DNA of 63,578 nt, the filler included, from Bigelowiella natans CCMP2755 (taxonomy: Eukaryota; Protista; Cercozoa), in assembly GCA_000320545.1 (NCBI GenBank). It is 6 parts of 6 records of this genome, joined end to end, with 100 filler letters (N's around TTAATTAATTAA, not from the genome) between each part and the next. Parts side by side here need not be neighbours in the genome. Positions count along the whole stretch, not along the records: positions 25,931 to 55,799 come from ADNK01003507.1; 5 more parts are not named here. The stretch is one strand, 5' to 3'. The position numbers were made by a program, and so were the translations under genes. Below the pieces are notes generated by a model. That model did not search any database and was not told the DNA's origin. It saw only the letters and a program-made list of their open reading frames with translations. Every line of letters starts with the position of its first letter. Position 1 is the stretch's first letter. Of the stretch, positions 39,935-51,361 are shown piece after piece.

Positions 39935-40294
39935 ATCACTTGCGCAATCTTGAAGGAGCTTTCAAACGCGAACGAGATGGAGCTCGGATCCTTGATATCC
40001 CCTAATGAGCAATGTAGTCATTTCACATGTGATGATGCAAGTTCAGATATCTAGATGTTGTACCATTGGAGAACGAGGAGATGTAATTCTATCGGCATTT
40101 GACTTCGACCCTTTTGTCCTGATGACATTAGTTACAAAGTGAGAATATATGTGGGCTCAATGTATCTCGATGTGAAATAAAGTGGTTCGTCATCATGTAA
40201 GAAACCTGCTCGGGCTCTGCGAATGCAGTCTTCTTGACCCAATTGTCCTGATAACGGTACATATAGAATGAAAACAAATGTGGTTATATGGATT

Positions 40295-40327
<33 letters not shown>

Positions 40328-43300
40328 TTCTCTCTCTCTCTCTCTCTTGCTCTTTCCCTCAGTGTGGGTGTGAGTCGTCATCATTCACCTGCTCGGACTC
40401 TGAGAATGCGTTCTCCTTGTCGTTCTTCTGAGCTGTCTTAAGGGTTTAAGTTTGCTTGTGTGGCTGGCGATTGGCTTTCTGCAAATTTAATCGCAGATTC
40501 AAAGACAGCTCTTCACCAATGCAAAAAAATTGTTCCTCTGCTTTTTAATTTTTGGGAAAATAAAAGAATGAGAATTTATTTTACGTTCGTGCTGTACGCC
40601 GAGTGGGAGACTTCATTCTTCTCCTATGTTGTAAATGAGAAATCCTCATAGCGAAGATGTTATGGCATCCTGTAAATTTAACTACCTAGTTTTTAGGCGA
40701 GGAATCATGCGAGGGGTTGGAATTTTCGTTTGTTTTCCATTCTTTTCGCTGAAAGCGTACGTCAATATCTCATTATGACCTCATAATTAACGTCTAAAAT
40801 CGATTTGTGCAGTCGTACGAATCTGTAGTGTCCCCCCCTGCAGAGGCCGCGCTCTTGCTCTTAAAAGATGTGGGGGCACGGAGACGACTTGGTGCCTGCG
40901 ATGTGCATGAACGTGGAGAACATCTTTGGCGAACGAACGAGTTTCCAGATGTTCTCACAATATTATTACCTTGAGTCGGCGCGGTCGCCGCCTGCTCGCG
41001 CTAACTTTCCCCTCAGGTCTCTTTACTTTCGGCTCAGAATGTATCATAGCCTTCGACGTGGTGCTGTCCACAGTGTGTCCTACGTAGTGTTTGTAGGTTT
41101 AACGCGATTTCTATCAGCCCTCCTAATGCATGCATGAGAGGTTTACACCTTCACTAGTTCCGTCTTTCGTGCCTTCCTCTGTATCAACCAACATTTTCCC
41201 GGATATATCCGCATCACCGAACCGACTCCAGTCGGCCTCCCGCGGTGTTGATGTCACGTCTGGCGCCTGCTTCGGCGGCTTCTTTTTCAAGGAGAGCTTG
41301 GCATTTATGGTTGCTTGTATCTGACCAGAAATCCAGTCGTTCCAGTAATGCCATGGAATGTTCAATTTCTTTGATTGTACGAACATTGAGGTGGGGTCAA
41401 ATTGGTCAAACCCGAGATCCGCCTCATCTAGTTTTCCCTGCTCCTGGAATCGTCGCAAAGCCGCAGTAACTGAAAGGCAAAAGAATTGAAGCTTCTGGTC
41501 ATCTTCGGCTGAGATAGATGTTCCTTTTTCATCTCCTGATGACGCCCCAGGTAAGGACTTTAAGCGCTCCTCTTCCTCACGCCGTTGTTTAACTTCTGCC
41601 AGCTTCTGGGCTTCCTCCTCTATTTTTTTCTTTTCTTCTTCTTCCCTTTTTCGTGACGCTTCTTCCTCAACCTGTTTTCTTTCTTTCTCCATTCGCAGTT
41701 TTTCTGCTTTCAGAGCTTTTAACTGCTCATCTTTTGCCCTCATCCTCTCTACAACTTCCCGTTCAATCATTTCCTTCAAACGACGTTGTTTCTCTATCTC
41801 TGCTTCTTTGGCTTTCTTCTCGCCTTCTTCCTTTTTGCGAAGATAGCCAGGTTGGATAAGCTCCAGTTTGCGCTCATCACTCATGGATTCCAGCACACCA
41901 TTTTCACCAAATAGGATGATATTATCGCCCGCCTTCCCGGCAAGACGTGCTTTATTAATTTCAAATTCGATAGTTGGAAATGGAGGGACGTCAGGAAGAA
42001 TTTTCTTCACTACGGATAGATTACAGGCTGCTGCAATAGCATTGATAACCTTTCGAGGATTCCTCAAGAGGGACAAATCGTCGATCTCGAACATAGCACA
42101 TTCTGGAATACCCAATATCTTCAGAGTCTTGATTGCAGCGAGAATATTTTCTCTTGCGAGCACAGAGCCATCCGTTGCGTTCGTATGAATTTTAATTTCA
42201 GACTTTTTGTCGAGCTTGTTACACATCTGACAAATGGCGACTCCATTTGGTAGCCCATCGAACAAATCTGGACGTACTTCGACCCCTAGGTCCACAAACC
42301 ACGTTGCAGCTTGTTTTGCTACAATCGAGACCACCTCAGAAGACGCAAGATATTTTATCTGTATGGTTACAAGCATCATAGCATGAGATAATGAAGCGTC
42401 ATACGAGTATTTATACATTCTAAATTATAGGATAGTTACATGTGTCAAACAGATTGGTGCGACCTTATTAGCAGCCAGCGACTCTTGAATATCGCGTTTG
42501 GCCTGAATTCTACTTTGAAGGGTCTCAATCAAATTGCTGCGATATCTCATTTGTCGAAAGTGTCTTTGCATGAATAACACTGATTGGCGGATTCGTTTGA
42601 CGCGTTGTACTGCGAGGGCCGTACGAAGAATTGAAGTAAGATGTAAAATCTGCAATCTTTGTCGGCATCGGCGCAGAGTTTTAAACATCGTTTTAGATAT
42701 CACCACCTGTATCCTCACGTAGCGTGCCCATTTTCGTTCCGCACGCATCCGACGCAACCGAACCAGCCACCGGGAGTATGCTTTCATAAACGCAGACAAG
42801 CGTAGTATACGTTTGCGGAGAAGGTGTTTCTTAATCCTATCCACAAGATCAGCAGGAACCTTCCAGTTTGGCCCTCCCTTACGCATAAGATCTTCTAGAA
42901 GTTCCTCTTGCTGTCCCTTAAAGAAGACCTTCGTGAGCCCCATCTCGAAATTAGAGAGACTTTGGTTGAAGCTTTTCAGTATAGCTTCACAAAAGTCTCG
43001 TTGATTTACAGTCTCCATCTTTTTCCGGTCATTGGAGAATACTGAAGGACCGTACCGAGCGAAAAGGGCTTTATACTGGATCCTTGTCGGATATCCACAC
43101 TTGATGATCTTTATTGCTTCAATTAAGCCGCCGCATCTGAGCTGGTCACCGACGTATTTATCTTTGAAAACTCCGGCCATCTTATCCAGATTAGGCTTGA
43201 TGCATCTCACAAAGTACGGCTTTGTGGTGTTCAAACTCTTCATTAGATTCTTCAGTTGTTCGCTAAAAACATACCCAAGTGTACGCTTCTTGCTCTTTTT

Positions 43301-46300
43301 GCCCTTTAAATTCACCAACAGGTTCTGCACTATCGGACTAGTAGATGTGCAGAATACTTCTACGCTGTCCTCATGCACACGATCAGCATTTTTCACCAAG
43401 AACTCTTTCGCATCGTAGCAAACGGGCATAGCGTAATGAAGTATCTGGAATCCATTGATGAGCTGCCTCTGTCCCCCTCTCTTCCGTTGTGCTTTTGGAT
43501 TGGTATTCATTCGTTTGAGATTTTTATGCTTCCCATGTTCTTTGAAAATTAATTGGGTGAAGATCTTATCATCAGCCTTTGGCATCTGGCACGCTGTGTC
43601 TAACAATGAAAAAATTCCTCTAGGCCTTTTATTAATGAGATCAAGGGTAGGCTTGTTGTCCGGAAGTTCGATCGGGGTCCAGAAAATACCTTCACGCTGA
43701 TACTCAGCTTGTTCGGAGAGCATAATGTTGTAATTGAAATAACGCTGCAAAGTTTCGTTGGTGAAATTAATGCAAAACTGTTCAAAGCTGTTGTATTCAA
43801 AGCATTCGAATCCAAAGACGTCAAGGATGCCGATCCATTTAAGCGCAGAGTTTAAACCCGTATCTAATTTCGTCTCCGAGTCCTTTTTCTCACTTTTCGA
43901 CTCCTCGTTATTGGATGCCCGTGTCTTCCTTCTGTTGCGGTTCCTCAGAGCAGAGTGACCGGCGTTTGACTTACGTATCGAAGACGCTGATCCATCTAAT
44001 TTCGCATTCATATTCTTCATTATATCACTCAAGTGTTTGCCCGATTTTTCGGCCCTTAAGATAATACACCACATGCACACGGAAGGAGGGAGGCAGAGGG
44101 AGGAGGAGGGGGGAGTCAGCTCCAGCAATGGAGGAACATAAGTTCGAATACCTCTTTGCTTCCAATTTTGATACGTACAGTTCATAGTTTATCTTCTTTA
44201 CGACCCTAGAAGAAATCATGCGATCTTAATGGCCATACAATGGGTTGATCAAAATTAATCGTGAACCAGTCGAATAAGCTTCCGTATATAGCCTTCGCTG
44301 TCGAGTCTCTATTGCTTACTGCCTGTTCGACGCTATACTCTTTCCAGATGACACTCCGAGCAACCTTTGAATCAACACAGACTTAATGTTTATTATTCAC
44401 TCGGTACGCAAGAATAACACGCAATGATTATTAAAAAAAATGGTACAATATATCACCCTCATTGACTGTTTCGTGAGTCGGCGTATCAGGTCGTCTTCAT
44501 CTATTTCGAGTAGTCTTGCTGCCCATTTGAGATTAAACCTTCATGTTGCTTTCAATTACGGAGAAGCACGCGAGGATAATATGTAAGATTCTTACATGGA
44601 ATCTTCACCGATCTTGCAAGAGTCGCTCGTCTTTGAATCGTCAGCAATAAACTCGATGTTACCGAGATGAAGCACCGCTGATACAACTGAAAGCATCTTC
44701 GAAATTGTCACCTCATCAAACCCTGTAACAGTGCTTACGTGAGAAATATTTCTTTCATGACAAAAATTTGTCCCACAGTGGAAAATGCGACCTAATAAAT
44801 CTAAGGATTCCATTAATTCTGTGAAACGGTATTCGTCAGATATTCCCGGAATTTCGATGCAATCAATTTGGTTGAGGTAGGCAAAGTCCTCGGCGGACTC
44901 AATCCCAAGTTCATTCAAGCTATTTTCATCCAGGCCTGCACACATCTGATGTCGTAACGGATACATATTTGTCAACATAAAATTATACATCAAAGAAATC
45001 AAGCTGTAAGTTAATACTTGATAGAAAATGTGATAGTTTCTCTCTCCGGGTGCCTAATTTACAAGGTCAAGCTCATTGATTGCGGCATCACTGCTGAGGT
45101 GGATCTTACTTGAAACACAACTCGTGACTTTTCCAGAAGGTAAGTCTCACAAGCAGAGCCCACAATTCTCCCTCCTGGTCGAATTTATTGGGGATTAGTC
45201 ATCATATATTCAATATAAGTGATTCAAAACCTTCTACATCCTTTGCCTTTGTGTCTGGTTCGTTGAATAGCAGTTTGGTAAATTTTCCGAAACGAGACGA
45301 GTTATTGTTGAGTAACGTCTAGTTTATACGAGTCATTTAAAAATATGACTACAATATTACCGAATTCGTACCTTGGCATTACCGAAACTCTCAAGAATTG
45401 GATTTGCTGAAAGAATCTGACATTTACAATGATAAGGTGAAAGGATTGTGGATAAGTCATTCAAATAATTCATTTTAACGACGCAACCTGTTGCTCAATT
45501 TTAGCTGAGGTAAGAGCTGCTTCAGAGAAGGAGGATTTAGAAGTATTACTTTTGAACAATCCAATCGAAGTTGTGTAAGCTAGATGACGCATCAAATACC
45601 TTTTAAACCATCGCATGGAACATGGAACACATTATTGAAGTGGAATATTGCTTGAGGTAAAACATTGAATGAAGTGTTTTGAATTACTTTGCATTTTCTG
45701 TTTTCCCCGCACCAGATTCTCCACAAACGACCATTGACTGGTTTAGTCCAGTCCTATAATATATTCCATATTTACACGGTAGTTAGTGCTGAGCACATAC
45801 TCCAAATTTTTAGGTTCTTCACCAAAGTAGCTGCCGATAAGCATCTTCTGCAATATTGAACACATGGGGAAGCCCTTTTTCATATTTGGCCTTATTTGCG
45901 TATTTATCAATGAAGCCTAAGATTACGTCTTCTATGAATAGAAAACCAGGGTAACAGGGGCAGTTTATTTAACTGTTTGAGTAGCAGTTGAGCTGTTTGT
46001 ATGGATTGACCGCCACGACCACCGAGGATATCCCTTCAAATAGAACAAAGTAAAATAGTTGTCAAAATCGTGATTTGTCAGGTTCATCTATTTTGTCAAT
46101 GGACCTGTGTATATCAAGTCCTTTGCGTAGCGAAGTTTCAGATTGCGTACTACATTCGGCTCGTCGAGATGAATAAGTGAAGAGAGGTCCTGGTGCATTG
46201 TGTTGATGATTTACTGTTACATGATGACCAACATATACTTTTTCATGACAGTCTGGAACACTGCTACAGGCTACAGGCATTGTCAATGTGAATGTGTGAA

Positions 46301-46546
46301 TAGTGAATAGCACGTAGCACGGAGTGTCATTACTCAATCTTTCACAAAAGATAAGTCGATTCGTTCATGATCGCCTCGCGGAAAAATGGGGGAGGCGCGC
46401 TGATGGTATCAATGCCCACTATGATTTTACCGGCACTCCGTCTTTGAGGGCAGACATTCCTCCTTCGGAAACGACCGCCTGCGGCACAAAGTTTGCCTGA
46501 TTGCAACAATTCAGCAAACCAAAGAATCGCCGAGCTTGGATGCCAT
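39935..46546 (-). CDS. Unconventional myosin: motor domain, IQ-like neck, calponin-homology domain, coiled coil and low-complexity tail
   Basis: DLSSLIHLDEPNVVRNLKLRY, VAVNPYK, PHVFNIAEDAY, NQSMVVCGESGAGKTE, NPILESFGNAK|TLLNNNSSRFGKF, YLLEKSRVV, ERNYHIFYQ, IGILDVFGFE, NSFEQFCINFTNETLQ, PYFVRCIKPN, GLTKVFFK; CH domain in ORF 41123-42418. The core 41123-46189 is solid; extreme 5' and 3' exons are uncertain. Confidence 0.92.
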
Positions 46547-46652
46547 TTCGTACATGCGACAGGATTCAATCCCCATAATTTCCAAAAATGATATTCGGCT
46601 TGCAGCCCGCCTCTGCGACAACTCACATAATAAACTGCACTTTTCACTCGTA

Positions 46653-47730
46653 GAACTGCTTCCAAATGAAGCGTCCCTTTTCACCCGCAACAATCTGGGG
46701 CGATTTCGATTGTTTGTCGTGATTGGAAAATGTCAGGTCTTGTGGTGATCCAGTGTCATCTCGTCTGATCTTGAATCATTTCTCACAACAATGACCTCTG
46801 TTTTGTGCACGATCGAGAAGTCCTGAAGTTGGCGAAGATCAGGCACTTTGGAAATGCAGTTTTTCATCGTTGTTCTCATTGTTCTCATTGTTCACAAAAG
46901 ACAATGAAACTAGGAATGGAGGAATGGCCAAAATGCCATTCTTGATTCACTGCGTTTCGTTTCACTGCAAACGTCTTGTCACACTTTGGAAACGTGGTTC
47001 ATCATCGTTGTTCTCATTGTTCTCATTGTTCGTCGTGAATTCGTGAACACGTGAATCCACCAAGTGTCCCACGTTTGAAATGGCACATCGCCCGCAAGGA
47101 GCTTGCAGCTGGCTAGCTGGAGCGAAGGAGCTGCACAGGTTCCAGCACGTCACGAAAGGCTGCCCGATCTTGATACGCATGGATGCCCAGACGGCGCGGT
47201 GTTTCGCGCTCGGGATGGACAAGGCTGGAAGGCCAGAAGGTGCAGCTCTGGCTAGCTGGAGCTGCCTCGTGCAAGCACAAGAGCGCTGCTCGTTCGGGAT
47301 GTCCGCTCGCACACGCACGCAGGTGTGCAATCTGGCAGTGTGGAAAGGGGGAGAAGCATGCGAACGTCGACCCTTTCTCGCGGCCGGCCGAACGCAGTTG
47401 GCTGCATGCGTGGTGTCGCAATTTGGGGAAAAGTGTCTGGTGTTTTTCCCGAATTTTGGGCCACTGTGGCTGCGTGGTTTGACGCAACTGGGGTGCTGTG
47501 CCAGTGTGTGCCCGTTGCGCTGATGCATGCATGTTGGTGCACAAATGGCCAGATGGCACAGTGTGTGAACGACTCGCAAGCAAGCGGCAAGCCTTCTCTG
47601 TTGCTCGTGTGCGCATGCACAAATCATCAATGTCATTTCTTCAACAGGGTGTCAGTTTTGTGGACTCAAATCTGCAATTGCATGGCACTGGTGCAGTTGT
47701 GTTGCAAGCGCTGCGCAATGCGACTGCAGG
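46653..47730. other. TpA-depleted island F
   Basis: Hand count: 4 TpA in ~1078 bp (CTAG at 46910, 47113, 47252; ATAC at 47173). Causes many overlapping, nearly Tyr-free, Cys/His-rich spurious ORFs on both strands. Confidence 0.92.
46844..47031. repeat. ~50-bp imperfect direct repeat within island F
   Basis: cactttggaaa-tgca-gtttttcatcgttgttctcattgttctcattgttc (46844) vs cactttggaaa-cgtg-gttcatcatcgttgttctcattgttctcattgttc (46982). Confidence 0.9.
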
Positions 47731-47838
47731 TTAGCAGGTCCTCGCATGTGTGCATGTGCATGACACGTGACAATGCAATGATGTTAGGTTCATGTTTTCA
47801 CGTACAATGTGCGTCATCGTGCGACATGATGCAAGCAT

Positions 47839-50169
47839 TCAACGGCCCTGCCGCGTCGCTTTTTTCCCATCGCCTGGTGAAGAAGCATTGTAGCGCACTG
47901 ACATGGCTGTCGTGATCGCGCTTGCCATTGAGGCCTCGTCCTTCACGACTTTCGGGTTGGGACTGATCGAATTGTAATGGAAAACGCCAGTGTCGAGCTC
48001 TGCCAGCTGCACTACATTTGCGTGCATCAGCCTCCAAGACGTGTGAGCTCCGCCTGTGAATGAGTCAGCTCCGGCCTGAATGGTAAGCTTGGTCTCGGTT
48101 GTGTATGATAATCTGATCACTGGATTTGTTTTCCCCCAGTTCTCCCACTCTGCTTCGATGATGACCCCAGCTTGATTCGTCGCCACCACTGGCGACGTTC
48201 CAGAAATGACCGACTGCAGATACTCCGCTAACAGTTTCATGATAGAGTCAGTTTTGAGAGTTCGTATGAGTATCTCGCGGAGGGCAGCCGACTCTACGAT
48301 CGTGGCAAACCCTTTGATGAACATCTTAGTCATCACCGTGGAATCAATCCGCTCACTTCTTGGCCGTGTGTACTCTTCCCTTGCACGAGCGATGAGGGTG
48401 AAAATGCCCATTCCAATCTTGTAGAGCTGGCTCTGTGCTATTCCTCCGTCTGTGGTGACGTTAAATTTCGGCGAGTTCGCAAGCACCTTGATATATGCCT
48501 TGATTTTCTTCTGGGAAGGCTGAATCACCACGCCCGCCTCCTGACCGACCATGTATAGAGTGATTTCAATAGCATCCTCGTTGAAGAGTCTGCCGACGCC
48601 TTCCGCCACCCAATCGCATTCTTTGGTCTCAGGGTTCTTTTTCAACTTGTCCACGCGTATAAGACTCCCTGCGATCGTCAGCCCATTGCCTCCAGGATCG
48701 CACAGCGACACCTGAGAAGACGCCAGTGCAGACAGGCTCACAGTCTTGACGTACTCGTAGACTTGACAGCCGCACTCCACGTGAACTTTGCACTGCGCCT
48801 CTTGTTCGTTGGCTTGTTCCTGAATCGCATTTGCTTCATCTGCAAGGTTTTCTTGGTATTCATTGAACAGCGCTGTCTCAATCTGGTCCTCAGACATTGA
48901 GAATAGGATAAGCTTCGCCTCTAAGTTTTTCGCAAAAGTGTAGCCGTTGTCTACCATTTCGGCCAGCTTTTCCCTAGTGATCGTCCGCTTAAAAGCGTCC
49001 AAATTAAGCGGCTCCTCCCCCCTGTAATACCGCAGTGCCAGCCCAGCCTCAAATTTGGCTTGCCACACCGACGGCCAAGATCCGAACACATACGGGTACA
49101 TCATTGCCAGAGATTTCTTGATGTTGCGAACCTTCTTACCGGTACCCATTTCCCATGACCACGCGTCTTCACGCTCTGTCTCGGGTAGCACAATCCCCTC
49201 CTTCACCGCAGCGCACATCCTTCGCATCGCCAGCAGCATTTGAGCGTGATTCGCATGGGATAGTTCTGTTTCATACTCTGGATGGAACTTGGTGATCTCG
49301 TTGCATTTGAAGACGACGGAAGTCTCAGTCCACGTATCGGATTTATTCACGGTCAGCATATCTTTGCCGATGAACACTTTCGCCCACTCTATCTCGATCA
49401 AATTTTCACGAGCCTGTATATCCTCGTTTGAATCTCTATTGATCTGGTACAGCTTGCGAATCAACGTCTGCAGGAACGTTATCTGAAGCCTCTGAAACGC
49501 GCTGTGAATTCCATTCTGGTTGTCTTCCGAACTACAGTCCACCTGAGCTGGTCCTACATTGAGTTTTTTGATGTGAGTTACAAATGCATCCAGATTCCTC
49601 GAGTTCGTGTATGAGTTAAGCCAGCGGTTGAATACGTCGAGATCCGTGTTAAACATCTGTTTAACCAGGTAGCTCACCGCTCTGTATGTGCTTCCAGTCA
49701 TCACCTTTGGAAGATACATTTTGAACGTGTAATCAAACTTGAAGGTACCGCACACCCCAATGTCGACGCCGAATCCAAATATTCCCCCGCATAAACCTCC
49801 TTGAATGGTGACACTTCCCTCCATGGTGTCATAGAACTCATTCGAGTTCGACGACCCAAACGACACCTTCCCTCCCACAGCCACAGCGAACTTCAACGCG
49901 TGAGCAAGCGTGCCTTGGACTTCAAAGCAAAAGGAGTACTCGCTAGTGGCGATGCCGAGACTCGAATGAGCATGAGGACGCACGACCGCGCTATGGTGAG
50001 GTTGGTTGTGATTGCGCCGCTTTCTAGGCGATGGGTTCATTAGTTCTAGACTCTGGTTCAAGCTTTGGTGATTTGCACGGAGTATGTTAACGTTGTCATG
50101 CTTCGAGTTGCGCTCTGCGTGAGCGCAACTTCCCAAAAAGACAGCAAGGATTAGGATCTTGGCTGCCAT
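47839..50169 (-). CDS. Intronless ~776-aa putative secreted protein, unknown family
   Basis: Uninterrupted 2.3-kb ORF with natural composition; ATG at 50169 opens a signal-peptide-like MAAKILILAVFLGSCAHA; no obvious C-terminal TM. Confidence 0.8.
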   Translation of the reverse strand: MAAKILILAVFLGSCAHAERNSKHDNVNILRANHQSLNQSLELMNPSPRKRRNHNQPHHSAVVRPHAHSSLGIATSEYSFCFEVQGTLAHALKFAVAVGGKVSFGSSNSNEFYDTMEGSVTIQGGLCGGIFGFGVDIGVCGTFKFDYTFKMYLPKVMTGSTYRAVSYLVKQMFNTDLDVFNRWLNSYTNSRNLDAFVTHIKKLNVGPAQVDCSSEDNQNGIHSAFQRLQITFLQTLIRKLYQINRDSNEDIQARENLIEIEWAKVFIGKDMLTVNKSDTWTETSVVFKCNEITKFHPEYETELSHANHAQMLLAMRRMCAAVKEGIVLPETEREDAWSWEMGTGKKVRNIKKSLAMMYPYVFGSWPSVWQAKFEAGLALRYYRGEEPLNLDAFKRTITREKLAEMVDNGYTFAKNLEAKLILFSMSEDQIETALFNEYQENLADEANAIQEQANEQEAQCKVHVECGCQVYEYVKTVSLSALASSQVSLCDPGGNGLTIAGSLIRVDKLKKNPETKECDWVAEGVGRLFNEDAIEITLYMVGQEAGVVIQPSQKKIKAYIKVLANSPKFNVTTDGGIAQSQLYKIGMGIFTLIARAREEYTRPRSERIDSTVMTKMFIKGFATIVESAALREILIRTLKTDSIMKLLAEYLQSVISGTSPVVATNQAGVIIEAEWENWGKTNPVIRLSYTTETKLTIQAGADSFTGGAHTSWRLMHANVVQLAELDTGVFHYNSISPNPKVVKDEASMASAITTAMSVRYNASSPGDGKKATRQGR

Positions 50170-50559
50170 TGTCAACCCCCCAATTAGTGCATCATTGAAA
50201 TAATTCAAATACCGGTAGTTCAAAATTAAATTTGTGCGAGTACGAGCATGAACATGTTCGTAATAGTGTCAATATCCTGAGACACCGAAAAAAAAAATCG
50301 CGAAAAATTAAAAAACACTCCTTGGAAATATCTTTTCGTAGAGTCCAAGGACCAGGAAAAATCGAAAAAAAATTGCCTACGTTCACTGGTGGGACATGTG
50401 GAAAAATTGAGGCCATTTTTGGATGCGTCTATTCAACTTTCCCAGTCGGATGGGCCATCCGACAAGAAGCATGATTCTTGCACATGAGAAACATGTTTCT
50501 TGGTAAAGCGCCCGCGTACGCCTTTTTTTTGGTTGTCGCACCCTTAAAACCACCTGCGG

Positions 50560-51316
50560 TTGATGCTGGGAGCGCGGACGCAGAAAGGGAGTATTGAGGG
50601 CCGCCTCCCAACAGATTCAGATTCTTTCTCATCGTACGAACCAGGAGGGAGGGAGAAGAGAATCATCGCATCGAGCAAACCATCTAACAAGATCAGAATG
50701 GACGGGAAGGCTAACAACCGAAGTGAGGCTTCGGTTTCCTCCCGGCAAATGCTTGCGCGACTTCGCAAACTCTACGCTGTCCAAATTGGGGGGGTGGACA
50801 GAAACTCTGAGGGCCGTAGTCTTCGGAATGCGATAGTACATGCGTTAGATAAAACCCCGTTCATAAACGACGCCATTTACCTTGTCGGGTATATGGGCGT
50901 TGGAGAAGAAACATTCGAGGCAATATCTGACACTGATGCAGGTGTTGTGGGCGATGAAGGTACTATGATGACGACGACGACGACGACGACTACTACTACC
51001 ATGGATGCGCTAGCGCGCGCGAACACACACACACACACACACGCGCGCACGCACATATTCCACGCACGCACGCACGCATGATGATGACGATGATACATAT
51101 GTTTGTATATGTATTTTTTACACGGCATCATCAGCCAACGCGCTTCTCGGGCTTGCTTATCTCGTGAATTTCTGTCGGGTACACCTGGGAAGCATCAACC
51201 TCACGCACAATCTCCACGTCAAAATTGAATCTTTGATGGGACAAACGCTGGACGACTTGGTCTCGAAGCTGCAAGAAGCTGGCCTTGATGTAAGCACGCA
51301 AGCCAAGGTGTGTGAG

Positions 51317-51361
<45 letters not shown>

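Noticed and set aside
22240-47730. Ordinary CpG-methylation decay or fungal RIP as the cause of TG/CA richness
   Set aside because: CpG is common inside the islands and TpA is what is missing; RIP would increase TpA.
46962-47915. Stack of overlapping 100-220 aa ORFs on both strands (also at 22421-22789, 24331-25019, 27279-27753, 35656-36420)
   Set aside because: Nearly Tyr-free, Cys/His/Ala-rich translations that are open because TAA/TAG/TAY codons vanish with TpA; no protein motifs.
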